From positions 62,001 through 126,000 of the forward strand of contig QPMI01000152.1 in assembly GCA_004431415.1 (NCBI GenBank): a DNA stretch of 64,000 nt, given 5' to 3'. The notes below the pieces were generated by a model, which had not been told where the DNA came from, made no database searches, and saw only the letters and a list, made by a program, of their open reading frames with translations. Shown here one piece after another: positions 1 to 12,139 of this stretch; within the stretch, counting starts at the first letter, position 1; each line of letters starts with the position of its first letter. Source of the stretch: Cyanophora paradoxa CCMP329 (lineage: Eukaryota > Plantae > Glaucophyta). A program made the translations under genes and the position numbers.

Positions 1-213
1 TTCGGCTTAGGTTGGCCGGACCTCGACGTTGCGAACCGAGACCGTCCAGTACAGTCGACTATCCGTTCTGCCCCAACGTATATAGAGACGCACGCGATGA
101 AGGACGCGACATCCGCTGGTTCACGGGGCGAAATGGTGTCGAACCCCAAAGGCCCATCCGATCCGAAATTCCCGAAAGCTACCCCTAAAAGACCCACGAA
201 ACTAGGAGCTCAC

Positions 214-649
214 CGTTCGAGGACGGCCGTGTTATCGGGTGCATTGTCCGGCTCGCGATCGGACTCGCTCGCCTGCCGCGAGGCGATCGGCGGGCGGTTT
301 CGATGGATCATGGAGCGAACGAACCGGTGGAGGAGCAGAAGGATCGGTAGCGGGCGTGCCTTTCCTCCGTCGCTTGCGCTTGGGTGGCTTTTGCAACGTT
401 ACATCGCCGACGGTCGATCGAAGGGCGTCCAGAATCTCAAGAGAGTCCTTGGAACTCACGGCGGGCCTGCGCGAGGCAGGGAATCGCGATCGGCCGCGAC
501 TCCGGCAAGATCACGCCTGGCAACATAGACGCACCGCACCACTTGAGCACGAAGGGCGAGTCGAGCTTCTGCTTGACCGCCTGCCGCTTCTGCGGCCTCA
601 GGGCGGCGGCCCCGGCCTCGGGCTTCTCATTCTCAGCCTTCGGTCCCAT
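214..649 (-). CDS. RNase P/MRP subunit Rpp38/Pop3-like protein, 5' exons (gene presumably continues off the left edge)
   Basis: Spliced translation MGPKAENEK...VKQKLDSPFVLKW|PAVSSKDSLEILDALRSTVGDVTLQKPPKRKRRRK resembles the Rpp38 N-terminal block (K..L..P....W......D...IL..L......LQK plus a basic tract). GT-AG introns join the exons in frame. The L7Ae core is not visible in the window. Confidence 0.55.
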
Positions 650-999
650 TTCTGTGTACGCCCCTGGGGCCGAACTCGGTAGCCCCCTGCAAACTGCAAA
701 CTGGCCCCTCTGCCAGGCCCCTCCGCGAGCATCGCAGCAGGTGGAGCAGGAGATGGGGTAGCGCCAGCCGCGTCCTGGGAACCGCACCGCCAGGGCTGAA
801 CGCGGAGCATCCTCGTCCGGCCGCCTAGGCGCCCGGGCGCCTGCAAGCGGTCATGTGGGCGACCCAGCTGCGCGGCCATGTGCTGGGCGGCAGCGGGCCG
901 GTCCCAGCGCTTGCGGGTATCGAGTCTTGCGTTGTGGTGAGCCAGCGAGCGCCGCTCTGTCTCTAGCTATGAGGTGCCGTGATCGAGCATGCCGAGAAA

Positions 1000-3190
1000 G
1001 CGCACGAGCTGTGCCATAGCTGCACGCGCACAGAGAGCAGGCCGCTCTCGTTCTGCCCCCGCTGGCCTGAGCCCCGCCACAGGTCGAGATTCGGGACGCT
1101 CGGGGCTCGGTTTGCACGCATCCGGGTCTGCATCGGCTGGTGGATGCGTCCGCGGTCGGCCAAAAGAGCGGTGCGGTGCTCCCGGGCCCGGTCCTCGCCT
1201 GGCGCCTGCCGAGCGGGGCGCGCGGGCGGGGCCGGCAGGCTCGCTGCAGTGGCGGACGGTGGACGCGAAGCGCGGGCCCGGCACGGTGGGAGTCCTCTTC
1301 ACGCCGCTCGTCGCGGAGCCCGTCGAGTGCACGGTGCGCGGAGGCCCGCCCGCCGCCCCCGCGCCCCGCCGACCGCTGCCCCCGCCACTCCCGCCCCGCT
1401 CCGCAGGTTCTCATCAACGGTCGGTTCCCCCCCCGCCCACGCGCCCCGGGCGGGGGGCCGACGGCGGGGCGGGCGCAGGGGAGGAGGCGGCGGGGAGCCC
1501 CGTGCTCTTCCACGTCGCCCCGGCGCGCCCCGCCCCGCGCTGCGCCGCGCGGCAGGCTCACGCGGACGGCCGGGGCAGGCCCGCCGCACGGCTTCGAGTT
1601 CGTGGAGCTGCCGGAGGGCGGGCGGCCCGTCCTGACCGAGGCCTCCCGCCCCGTCGCCCTCCGCCTCACCGTCCGCCCGCCCCGCCCGCCCCCCGCCCAT
1701 CCGTTCTCATCTGTCGGCAGGCGCGGGACGAGCACGGGAACGCGTGCCGGGGCGGCTTCGACGCCTCGGGCCTGCTCGCCGCCCTCCACCGCGAGGGCGA
1801 GGCCCGCCCGCTCCTCGCCGCCGCGGGGGCGCCCGCCCGGCGCGCGGGGCGGCGGGGGAGAGCCTGGAGGTGCGGGAGGGCGGGGACGGCCTCTACGACG
1901 TCGTGGCGACGCTGCTCCGCGCGGGGCGCTACGAGCTCCGCGCCGAGTTCGCGCGCCGCGCCGCCTCCAACGGGCCCGCCCGCTCCACGTCCTCCCCGGT
2001 GCGCCACAGGCAGCGGGCCGCAGGGCGCCGGGGCTGGCGGGCGGCCGACGGGGGCGGGGCGGGGGCGGGGCAGGGCTGGTGGCGCCCCAGCGGTGCGCGC
2101 TGCTGGCGGGGCCGACCCCGGAGGCCCCGAGGCCCGCCCCGGCGTCGTCGCCACCGGCCTCGCCGGCCGCCCCTGCGCCGTCCTCATCCAGTGCGCCGCG
2201 CCCCCCCGTCCTGGAGGCGCCCCGCCGGAGGCCAGCGCCCGGGGGTGCAGGCTGCGCGACGCGTTCGGGAACGTGGCGGACATGGGGTACGAGGAGCAGG
2301 AGCTCACCGCCGACGCGGCCGTCGCCGGCGCCGCGGGCACGTGCGCGCGCCCCCGTACCCCTCCTTGGCTCCATCCCCGGGGGTCGAGGTGCGGGCGGGC
2401 AGGGCGGCGCAGGGGGAGGTGCCGGCGGAGCTGGGGGTACACGACCCGGGACACCTCCGGGTCGAGTTCTCGACGCCCCTCGCCGGCCGGCGCGCGCCGC
2501 CCGGGCGCCTCGGGGCGCGCGGCGGGATCTGAGGCGGGCGGGGCAGGTACGAGGTGCGGGCCTCGGTGCGGGGCGCGCCGCGGCCGGCGGCCCTCCGCGT
2601 CGACGTCCTCCGGGTACAGCGCCCCATCCGCCCGCCCGCCGGCCCCCGCCGCGCGCGCACGCCGGCTGACGTGCGGGGCGCGCAGACGCGCCGGACGCGG
2701 AGCACACGGCGGTGTCGCTGGGCGGGGAGGGGGCGGGGGTGGCCGGGGGCCTCCACGAGCTGCGGGTCGTCGTGCGGGACCGCCACCGCAACGTCCGCGC
2801 CGGCCTCGGCGACGCGCTGTCCCTGGCCCTCGAGGGCCCCGGGCGCGCCCTCGACCTCCGCACCTCGCCCAGCGACGAGGCCGGCGTGCACGTCGCCCGC
2901 TTCCGCGTGGAGGCCGCCGGCCGCTACGTCGCCCGCCTCACCGTCGCCGGGGAGGACGTCAGCGGGCCCGCCGGCCTCCCCTTCGACGTCGCCCCCGCCC
3001 CCGTCGACGTGCGCCCTCTCAGCCTAGCCTCCTCCCCTTCCGCCTCTGAGCGAGCGGGGGCGGGGCCCAGCCGCTGCGGTGCAGCGTGGGGCGGGACTTC
3101 GTGGGGGACTCCCTCCACGTCGGCACCACCGTCTCCTTCCTGGCCCGCCCTCCGCCGCCCCTCCCTCACGCGTCTTCTCCTCAGCTGAGC

Positions 3191-3225
<35 letters not shown>

Positions 3226-6200
3226 TGCAGGTGACGGCGCGGGACCGGTTCGGGTCGGTGCGGGGCGCGGGCGGGGAGGACCTGGGGCGCTTCGCGGCGG
3301 TGCTCTCGCTGGACGGGCGGCGCTGCCCCGGGGGCGAGCTGCGGGCCGCCCCGGGGCCCGAGCCGGCCCTCCGCGCCGCCGTCGTCCTCCACCGCTCCGG
3401 CGACTACCGCTTCGAGGCCCGTGGCCCCTTCCCCGCCACTCCCGCCCCGGGCCCCCCGGGCCCCGCCCCGCTCAGGCGGCCCCGCAGGTGTTCATGCGGC
3501 GGGACGGGGCGCCGGTGGACCGCGGCGAGCTCGAGCGCCTCCTCGACGCCGGGCCCGAGGCCGCCCCGGACCCCTCCCCGGGGAACAGCAGCGTCGGCGG
3601 CAACAGCACCGGCGGCGGCGGTCCGCTGAGCGCTCTGAAGGCGCTCCTGAGGCGGGGCGTGCCGACGGCGGCGGCAGCGGCGCCAGTCCCCTCCGAGACC
3701 ACCGCGCTGCGGGCCGCGGGGCGGGCGCGGGCGCTGGGCTGGGCGCCCCCGGGGTATCTCCAGATCGGGGGCTCCCCGGTATCCTGGGAGGTCCGCCCGG
3801 GGATCGTGACGCCGTCCAAGTGCCGCCTCCTCAACTGCCGCAGGAAGCAGTCCCTCAGCACCTCCGTGCGCCGCCCCCGGCCCCGCCCACATCGAATTCG
3901 CGGCTGGAGAACGTTAACCCCGCGGGGCGCGCACGCGCAGCTGGCGGAGTACGAGTGCGGGGTGCTGCTGGCGGACCAGTTCGGGAACGCGATGGTGCCC
4001 GGGGCGATCGACGTGCCCTTCGTCGAGCTCTACGGGGCCGGCCTCGCGTGGCCCACCGTGCGCGAGGTCGGCCCCGCCCGCCGCGGCGAGTTCCTCGTCA
4101 CCCTGCGGCCCGCGGCGATGGCCCCGGGGCTCTACCGCATGGCCGTCTTCGTGCGGGGCGAGGAGATCCCGGACTCCCCCGTCGACCTCCTCCTGGAGGC
4201 CGAGGCGCGCCCCTCCGACATCCTCCGCCGCGAGGAGGAGGCCCGCCGCCGCGGCAAGGCCCCCCCGCCCCCCGCCGCCCCCTTCGCCCCCACCGCCCTC
4301 CTCGTCACACCCTCCCTCCCCGACCCCGCCCTCGAGAACGGCATTCCCTTCCCCGAGGCACGCCCCCGCCCCCGCCCCCCGCCCCCCGCCCGCTCCTCCG
4401 CTCACCCTTCCCCCTCGCAGTACGTCCCCCCGGCGCCGGCGCGCGGGGGGCGCCCCGGGTCGGCCCTCTCCGCCCGCCCGGGCTCCGCCGTCTCCTCGAA
4501 CTCGGGGCGCCCCCTCTCCTCCCTCTCCTTCCTCTCCCGCCCCGAGACGGCCCTCTCCCGCCCCGAGTCGGCCCTCTCCGACGCCTCCCTGCCCCCCCTC
4601 TCCCGGTCCGGCTCTACCCCCCTCTTTCCTACTTCGGTCATCCGCCCTTGACAGGCTCCTCCGCAGCGCGCCCCGGCCCCTCACCGCCGCATCTCCCGAA
4701 CCGAGCGCCGCACCCTCCCCCCCGGCGCGCGCCCCCTGCCCTCTTTCCCTTTCGCTCTGACGCGCGCCGCAGCCCGAAGAGGGCCCGTCGCCAGCCCCGG
4801 GCCCGCGCCTCGGGGCGAGCCAGAGCGCGCCAGCGCTCTCGAGTGCGCGCCGCCGCGCCCCCCGCGCCCCGCCGCCCCGCCCCGCTCCGCCTCGCTCGAG
4901 CGCGCGGCGCAGTCACGCCGTCGGCGCCGCCGTGGCCCGGGGGCGAGGAGGTTCGGGAGGAGCTCCTCTCCGTGCTGGTCCCCGTGGGGCTCATCCTCCG
5001 CCCCACCGTCCTCCTCCTCCTCGTCGAGAACTCCGGCTTCGGCGGCGACGACGCGCGCCCCCCTTCCCCCCCGCTCCGCTCGGCTCGGCTCGGCTCAACG
5101 GGGCGGGGCGGGCAGGCGTGGGGCGAGCTGCAGGAGGCGGTGATGGCGGTGGTGCGGGCGCTGCAGGCGGCGCCGCACGTGCAGCTCTGCGTCGTCGTCT
5201 ACGGCGCCGAGCGCGCCATGGGCCTCCCCTTCCCCACCCAGGCCCTCGCCTCGGCCCTCGCCTCCATGCCCCCCGGCGTCTTCGGAGCCGGCGCCTGCCT
5301 GCACGACGCCTTCGAGCGCGCCGGGGACATGTTCAACCGGCTGGCGGCGGCCCTGGGGCGGGACGAGCTCGAGCGGGAGCCGTGGGAGGTCCACGTCGCC
5401 CTCCTCTCCAGCGTCGGCCACTCCTGCGCCGCCCACGCCACCCCCGTCGAGGCCTTCCAGGTGCCCCCCCTCCCCTCCCGCGCCCCCCACGCGTGCAGCC
5501 CGGCTCTGTCTTTCTCTTGGGCTCAGCCGGTGGCGGCGGCAGGAGCTGCGGTCGTTCCTGCGGCAGCGGGGCCCCGTGCGGGTCGTGGGCCACGCGGTCG
5601 CCGTCGGCTCCTACTTCGACCTGGAGTGGACGCAGCGCCTCCGCGCCACCCTCGGCTCCGAACCCGGCCTCATGCTCTGCCCCCCCTTCCGCTCCTCCTC
5701 CGGCGGCGGCGGCGGCGGCGGCGGCGTCCCCGCCCCCGCCGGCGGCGTCCTCGGCGAGCGATGCGCCGACCTCGCCTCGGGCGCGCCGGCCCCGCCGCCC
5801 GCCTCGTCGCCCGCCCGCCGCCGCTCACGCGGCCGCAGCGATTGCGATGGCATGGCGGCCTACGACGTCGAGGTCACGCTGCCGAGCCCGTACCCGGGCC
5901 CCGAGGGCGCCGAGGCGCCGCCCCTCGTGCGGCGCGCGGTGGGCGTGGGGTACGCCGACGGGGCGGACGCGGTGCAGGCGACGCTGCTCGTGCCCGTCGC
6001 GGCCGGCGACGAGGCCGTCTCGGGCCGCCTGCGGCTGCTGGCGCGGGGCGCGGAGGGCCCTCGGGCCGTCTTCGAGGGCGGCTTCACGGCGGGACGGCTG
6101 CGGGTGGAGGCGGCGGGCGGGGACCGCCTCTTCGGGCTGGCCCTGGGCGAGGCCCTCGCCGCCCGCTTCCTCGCCGCCGTCTCCGACGCCGTCATCGCCA

Positions 6201-6695
6201 CCCGCGGCGGCGCCTCCGTCCCTCCCGCGCACGCCCTCCCGCCCCTCCCGCCCCTCCCGCCCCGACGCCGTCCTGACGCCGGCGGGGCGGGCGGCAGGTG
6301 CGGAGGGGCTGGGCGGCCGGCGCAGCGACGGTGGAGGCGGCGCTGGGGCGGCTCCTGGGGCGGGACTGGCCCGAGGTGGCGGCCTCGCTGGGGCGGCAGG
6401 TGCGGCGGGTGCGGCGGCTGCTGGAGACGCGGCGCGGGGACGGGCGCCGCATGCACAACGTCGCCCTGGAGGTCGTCTACGGCTACCAGATCGAGCGCCA
6501 CCGCCTCCGCCAGGCCCGCCCCGCCCGCCCCGCCCGCCCCGCCCGCCCCGCCCCGCCCGCAGGGCCCTGACCGCTGCTCGCGCTCCGCCGCGCCGCGGGC
6601 AGGCCCTCCTCCGCAAGGCCCTCTCCCTCACCGCCCGCCGCGGCACCGAGACGGCCCGCGGGCCCCGCACCGCCCGCCCCAGCGCGTACACGTAG
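1000..6695 (+). CDS. Multi-exon protein with filamin/ABP280 Ig-like repeats and a C-terminal vWA-like domain (5' end uncertain)
   Basis: Repeated filamin-type motifs: ARDEHGN, LRDAFGN, VRDRHRN, ARDRFGS, LADQFGN, GLYDVVATLLRAGRYEL, GRYVARLTVAGEDVSG, GLYRMAVFVRGEEIPDSPV. The stop at 4651 lies inside an intron-like segment (gtccgg...ttgac...ccgcag). Downstream exons TVLLLLVENSG, VQLCVVVYG, ACLHDAFERA, VHVALLSS and GHAVAVGSYFD fit a degenerate vWA fold. Confidence 0.6.
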
Positions 6696-6946
6696 CGCCC
6701 GCGGGTGCGATCACGCGAGCTCTGTTGTTGGGGAAGGGAAAATCACTTCCCCTGTCCCTGTCCCTCGGGAGCCAACCCTACCCCAAATCCCATTTCCCCG
6801 ACCTCCTCAAAACCCGGGCCGCGCGGTACACCCTGAAAGCCCATCCCCAGGGGACCCCGAAACCATGTCTCCCGGTCCCGTCCGACCAAAGGGTGATCCA
6901 GGAACAGGCACCAACACACGGGACAAAAACGGGTCCAGCGACGCAC

Positions 6947-8793
6947 ATGGAGCAGATATACGGGCCAGACCAGTTCGAGGTCAATGCTTGCATTATGCCC
7001 GACATTCTGTACTCTGGGAGCAAGGCCGGGCGAGAGCGCGGTAGCCCAGGAGGACGCCGCGCGCGCTAGCCAATCACGTTGCAGAGTCAGAAACGCTCTG
7101 CAGAAACCTCTTCGAGTACCCCAGCAAGTCGCGCGGGAAATGCTGTACATCGAGCAGCGCGCTGGGAGGACGCCCGCGAGGCAGCGGAGGTGCACAGCCA
7201 CCTCCGAGCATCGCCATCGGAGTCGACATCGAGCCTGCCAGCCAAACTTGCGGCAAGCCTGGGTGCGGCGGCTCCAGGCGCCAGTACGGCGGCAAGTGTC
7301 TGCATTGCGGGCGCCACTTGTGCACGCGGGAGGTACTGTACGAGCACGTGCCTCCATGTATAGCCGCCCGAGCTGCCGGCGCAGGGCTAGCAGGCGCACA
7401 CACGTTCGGGGAGCGACCGGACTGCGGCGCGTGCCAGCAGAAGAGCAAGGCAGCTCGCAGCACGGACGTCTGGGGTTGCGATCTCTGTGCGGCGCACTAC
7501 GTCAGCTTTGCTCCTTCGAAGGTGCGAAGGCACCAAGGAGGCGCATCGTGCAAGCAGAATCGCGTTCTCGGTGCGCGTCACTCAGCGTTCTAAGTTTGCG
7601 CCCAGCCTTAAGCACCGGCCTCGCGATCCGTGACAGATGTACGGGATCAGGAGAACAGCGCCGCGCGCAGCGAAGCCGCGCCTCAGGCTACCCGTACGCG
7701 TGGGACCGGTGCGCATGCGCCAGGCGTACGTGCCCATGCGACGCAAGCTCAGAACGCTGGATCGCAGAGCACGCGCAGCCGGCTATTGCTGGGCCGCCTC
7801 CGCCTGCTGGCAGTCACAACCTCGCCTCGCGGCGCGGCTGCAATCTCTGCACGGACAAGCAGCTGCAAGCGGCGGTCGGTGCGAACGTCTGGGGCTGCGA
7901 CTTCTTCCCACCCCTCTCCCGCTTCCGCTTGCTTTCGTGCGCTCACTGCCGTCCGCGCAGGAACGGCACGGCCACCCTGGAGTCCGGGCGCGAGTCCTGC
8001 CTGCTGATGCCGGCCCCGCCTGCCCCGGTTGCGGCCCCGCCTGCGCCGCAGCTGCCCGAGGACGACGACGAGTGCGTCCCTCCTTCTTGCTCCCGGATGC
8101 TCCATCGCTCCTCAATCCCAGCCCGCAGGGAGACGCCGAAGCGTCGCTCTGGTGGCCGCCAGGCCGTCGTGGTCTCCTCGGACGAGTCCGACAACGCCTC
8201 CGCCTCCGGGTCCGCCCCTCCGTCTCCTTCCCCGCCCCACCTTCCCCCCCCCCCCCCATCCCCCCCCCCCCCCCCCCCCCCCTTTCCCCACCCATCCTCC
8301 CTTTCCTTACCCGCTCTGCCCTCAGGGACGACCCCATCGAGGTCTCCTCAGACGAGACGAGGAGGGGGCAGCGCCCGAGCTCGACGCCGCCGAGGCGCCG
8401 GTCGTGAAGCCGGCCTCCGCCCCAAAGAAGGCCACCGGCATGAAGGGCCTCATGGCCCTCGCTGCGCCCCGCCTCCTCGGCACCAAGGCCGCGCGCCTCC
8501 TGGGCGCCGGCGTCTCCAAGGGCAAGAGCAAGGGCGCCAAGTCCATCAGGAAGCCCAAGGGCGGGAAGAGCACCAAGGGCGAGCGGGAAGAAGACCAAGG
8601 CCGTGTAGTGACTAGGCAGTACCGCCCGGGGCTGCAGCCCCGCCGCCCCTTTTGTGCGAGTCTTGTGCGCACTGCCAATGCCAAGAGCTCTTGGTGCTTC
8701 CTCCTACGTGCCGCAGAACCGCACGTGAACATGATCAATTTCCCTTCCCTGGACCCAACTGACGCGCGCGGCAAGTCAGTGGCCCTTTTATAG
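6947..8793 (+). CDS. Hypothetical protein with two Cys/His-rich repeats followed by acidic and basic low-complexity tails
   Basis: ATG at 6947 (MEQIYGPDQFE), an intron, then an open frame with CGKPGC..CLHCGRHLC..EHVPP..HTFGERPDCGAC and a second copy CACARRTC..EHAQP..HNLASRRGCNLC. Later exons read VVVSSDESD, PIEVSSDE and a Lys-rich segment. Confidence 0.45.
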
Positions 8794-8805
8794 ATGTTCT
8801 CAATG

Positions 8806-9200
8806 TCAGCTATCCGAAATCACTTCGGGTGGAACACTTTCACTAGGTTGGGAAAGAACAGCAGTGCCCCCGCGCCCCGCAGGAGTCTGCCGGCCATGCT
8901 GTCGCCGCAGAGTTGACCGAGGGCTGAGAGGCAGCATGACGCTTGGACGAGGGCGAGCGCTCTCTCTCTCCGCTTGAGAGCCCGAGCCTGCGAACGAGCT
9001 CAGCATAATAACAATTCAATGAGAAGTGAATCACGGTCCCTTAATTTGCGTGCGTGCCCGTCTATGATCATCACTTGCTGGGGGCTCGCCGAGTCGACGT
9101 CGACGTCGCTCATGCTCTCGCTCTCGCGATCGCTCGCGTCCGGATCCTGTGCGCCCGATCCCCGGCCCCACGGGTCATGCGCGCTTGGACGTGAGAGCTG
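8806..9200 (-). CDS. Hypothetical low-complexity protein or gene fragment
   Basis: Exon-like DPDASDRESESMSDVDVDSASPQQVMIID, an AT-rich intron-like stretch, then GSGSQAERESARPRPS...; no recognisable domain. Confidence 0.2.
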
Positions 9201-10110
9201 AGCATTCGGACCGGATTCGGATGCATTCCCCCGCGGCCCTTTTGGATTTTGTATCGACTTGAAGACAACGACGCGCTGTTGCGAAAACGACGTCAGCAGC
9301 CGCGAAAAATTTGCGCCATTCGCGCGCGCACGTGCACGTTTGCGTCGCCGGAGCCAGCAAAGAACTGCGCGCGCGCACCCAATGATCGCGCCCCGCGCTT
9401 CACAAGCTGAGCTAGCCACAGGAAATTCGAAGATCTCAGAGTCTAGATCTAGATGCGCACTTTTGCAGTTGGTTGCCGACGAGAGATCGAGTTCGTACTC
9501 GGGAGGCCGCCAATCGCGAGAGCATTCGAATTCGAACTACAAAGCTGAGGGAGATGCGCATGGGGACGCGCTTCAAGGAATGGCGCGAAAGGTTTATCCC
9601 CTGTGCGAAATTTCAAATCCACGAGAGTGATCATCGACTTCGACGCTGCGCAGGCAGGCGGACCGAAGGGTTCCATATGCATGTTGCGAGGCTTGGAGCG
9701 CGCGCGAGCGCGCTCCCCTTAATTGATCGGGATTCGAAGGCCTTGCAACCGTGAATGAATTACTTGTACCCTGATCATGAGCGCCCCGCTGCGCGGCGCC
9801 GGCCGCTCCCCTGAATTGCCATATATGCCCCAGCGCGGCCCCCGCTCTTCGAAGGCTTCAGCGCCAGGAATCAGTGCTGGTGCCGGGAATCCCGAGGTAC
9901 ACATTGTTTACGAGTTCCTTATATTTGCAGTAAAAAAAAGGAGCCTACGCGTGGACAGGTACCGGTACAGGGCTTAGGGTCGTACTCTAGCAGCTAGCTC
10001 GACTGCACAATCGAGCGCACAGATGGAGTGGCGGCGGGGGGCTGCGAGCCCCCCGAACCGCAGGGAAGGGGGCGCCGACGCCCCCGACGCGACGTCGGGG
10101 CCGACGACGC

Positions 10111-12107
10111 TTACTCGAAGTCGACGGCGTCGAAGTCGTTGACGGCGACGGAGGACTCGGCGTTGAAGCCGTCGAACTCGTCGTCCTCGAACGCCTCGTA
10201 CTCCTCCTCCTCGGCGAACGGCAGCGTCGCCTTGATGTCCGCGAACGTCTGGTCCGCCAGCGCCTGCGCCGCCGGCTCAGCCCGCGCCCCAAAGCGGCGC
10301 CGGCGGGGGCGGCGCGCGCGCGCGCGCACCGTGAACTCATTGTAGGCCTTGCCCATCGCTTCGAGCTTGGCCGTCACCTTGGCGACCTCCTCCTCCGAGA
10401 CGCAGCTGGCCTTCTCCGCCTCCGTCTCCGAAATCTGCGCCGGGAGGCCGGCCCGGTCGGCACGCGGCCCCGGAGCGCGGGCGCCAGGGCGGGGCGGGCG
10501 TTCGGGGCGAACCACGTTGTTAAGACCGTTCTTAGCGTCGTCAACCTACGACCGCCGTTAAAACTCTTCGAGCTGCTCGTGAATCAGATGGAAAAGAAAT
10601 TGCCTCCTGGGTCGCCTCCTCGAACATGTCCTTGAGCTCCTCCAGCGAGAGGTCCCCGCTGTCGGCCTCCTCGGCCTCGCCGGCCTCCTCCGCTGCCTCC
10701 TCGGCGGCCTCGGTCGCCTCCTCGGCATCGGCGGCCTCCTCGGCGGCCTGCCACCCCGCCCGCGCCCCGTCGGGCCCGCCCCGCGCGTGCGAGAGCGAAG
10801 CCGCGAAGCCGCACCTGCTCGACCTCGGCCTCGGCATGCTCGATGTCGGCGACGATCTCCGCCGCCTCGGCGTCGCTACCAGCGTCCTCGAGCTTCTCCG
10901 CCAGCTCCTCCACGTCGTCGGCCGCCTCGCTCGCGTCCGCCGCCGCCTCCTCCGCCGCCTCCGCGTTCTCGGTCGCCTCCTCCGCCGCCTCGGTCGCCTC
11001 CTCGGCCTTCTCCTCCGCCTCCTCGAGCTGCTCGAGGATGACCTCGCGCTCCTCCGACGAGTCGGCCTCCTCGAGCGCCTCCTCGAGCTCGGCGACCTCC
11101 TCCTGCGCCTGCTCTGCCTCCTCCTGCGCCTGCTCCGCCTCCTCGGTGGCCGCCTCCGCCTCCTCCTGCGCCTCCTCCTCGGCCTCGTGCGCCTCGTCGA
11201 CGGCCACCTCGGCCGCCGCCTCGGGGTCCTCCGCCGCCAGCTCCTCCAGCGCCTGCCGCCCCGCCCGCGCCCCGTCGGGCCCGGCCCCGCGCGCGGGCGG
11301 GCGGGCGCGCGGCGCCGGGCGCACGTCGGCCTCGGACTCGGCCTCGGCCTCCTGAGACTGCTCGACGGCCTCCTCCACGTTCTCGACGGTTTCCTGGACC
11401 TCCTCCTCTGCGTCCTCCACAGTCTCGAGGACGTCCTCCTGCGCCCCGCGCTTTCAGCCGCGTCCCGCGCGGCGCGGGCGGCGCCGCGCGCACGAGGGCA
11501 CGACTGTCGGTCTCCTCGGCGAGGTCCTCGGCCTCCTCTTTCAGGTCCTCGAGTTCCTTGGTCTCCTCCTGGAGCTCTTCGCTCTTCTCCTCCAGCTGCT
11601 CCTGCGACTCTTCCAGCTTCTCCTGCGGGCCCAGCGTCGGTTTGATGGGAGCACTCGTAAACCCGAACGCAACGGACCTGGAGCTCCTGGACCTGCTCGG
11701 GGTCGGTCTCGTTTTCGAGCTGCTGCTCGATGTTCTCGATGTTCTCCGTGAGCTCGGTGACCTGGGTGATCTCGTTAGGTGTTGTATGAAATCGAAAGAG
11801 CGTCTAGAAATTACCTCCTCCTGCGTCTGCTCAATCTCCTCGACCGTCTCAGAGACCTGGCCCGGGCCGCCCCCGTGCGTCAAATGCAAGCATTGAGTTT
11901 TCACGTCTTAATGCAAGCATTGAGCAAAAAATCACCTCCTCCTTAAGCTCCTCCACCTGCTCGGTCGGCTGCGCACGGCTCCCGTCAGAGAGGCCTGGCC
12001 GCGACCGGCCCCGGGGCCCGAGCTAAGACCGCAAATGAATGGGGCGGCGGCCTGTCCCCCCCGCCTACGCCCCCGGGGCGAGCCGCCGCACCGACTCGTT
12101 GGACTCC

Positions 12108-12139
<32 letters not shown>

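Noticed and set aside
125-213. C-run/A-run tract (and similar at 6770-6870) as telomeric repeats or shared element ends
   Set aside because: No regular repeat unit; similarity is limited to a short gcccatcc core.
3193-3222. Long C/G homopolymers (also ~8245, ~14405, ~15704, ~42545, ~46411) as functional G-quadruplex elements
   Set aside because: They are mostly intronic low-complexity runs whose lengths are unreliable in assemblies.
8430-8460. HEALH metalloprotease-like motif in a minus-strand ORF
   Set aside because: It is antisense to a plausible plus-strand exon and has no supporting protease context.
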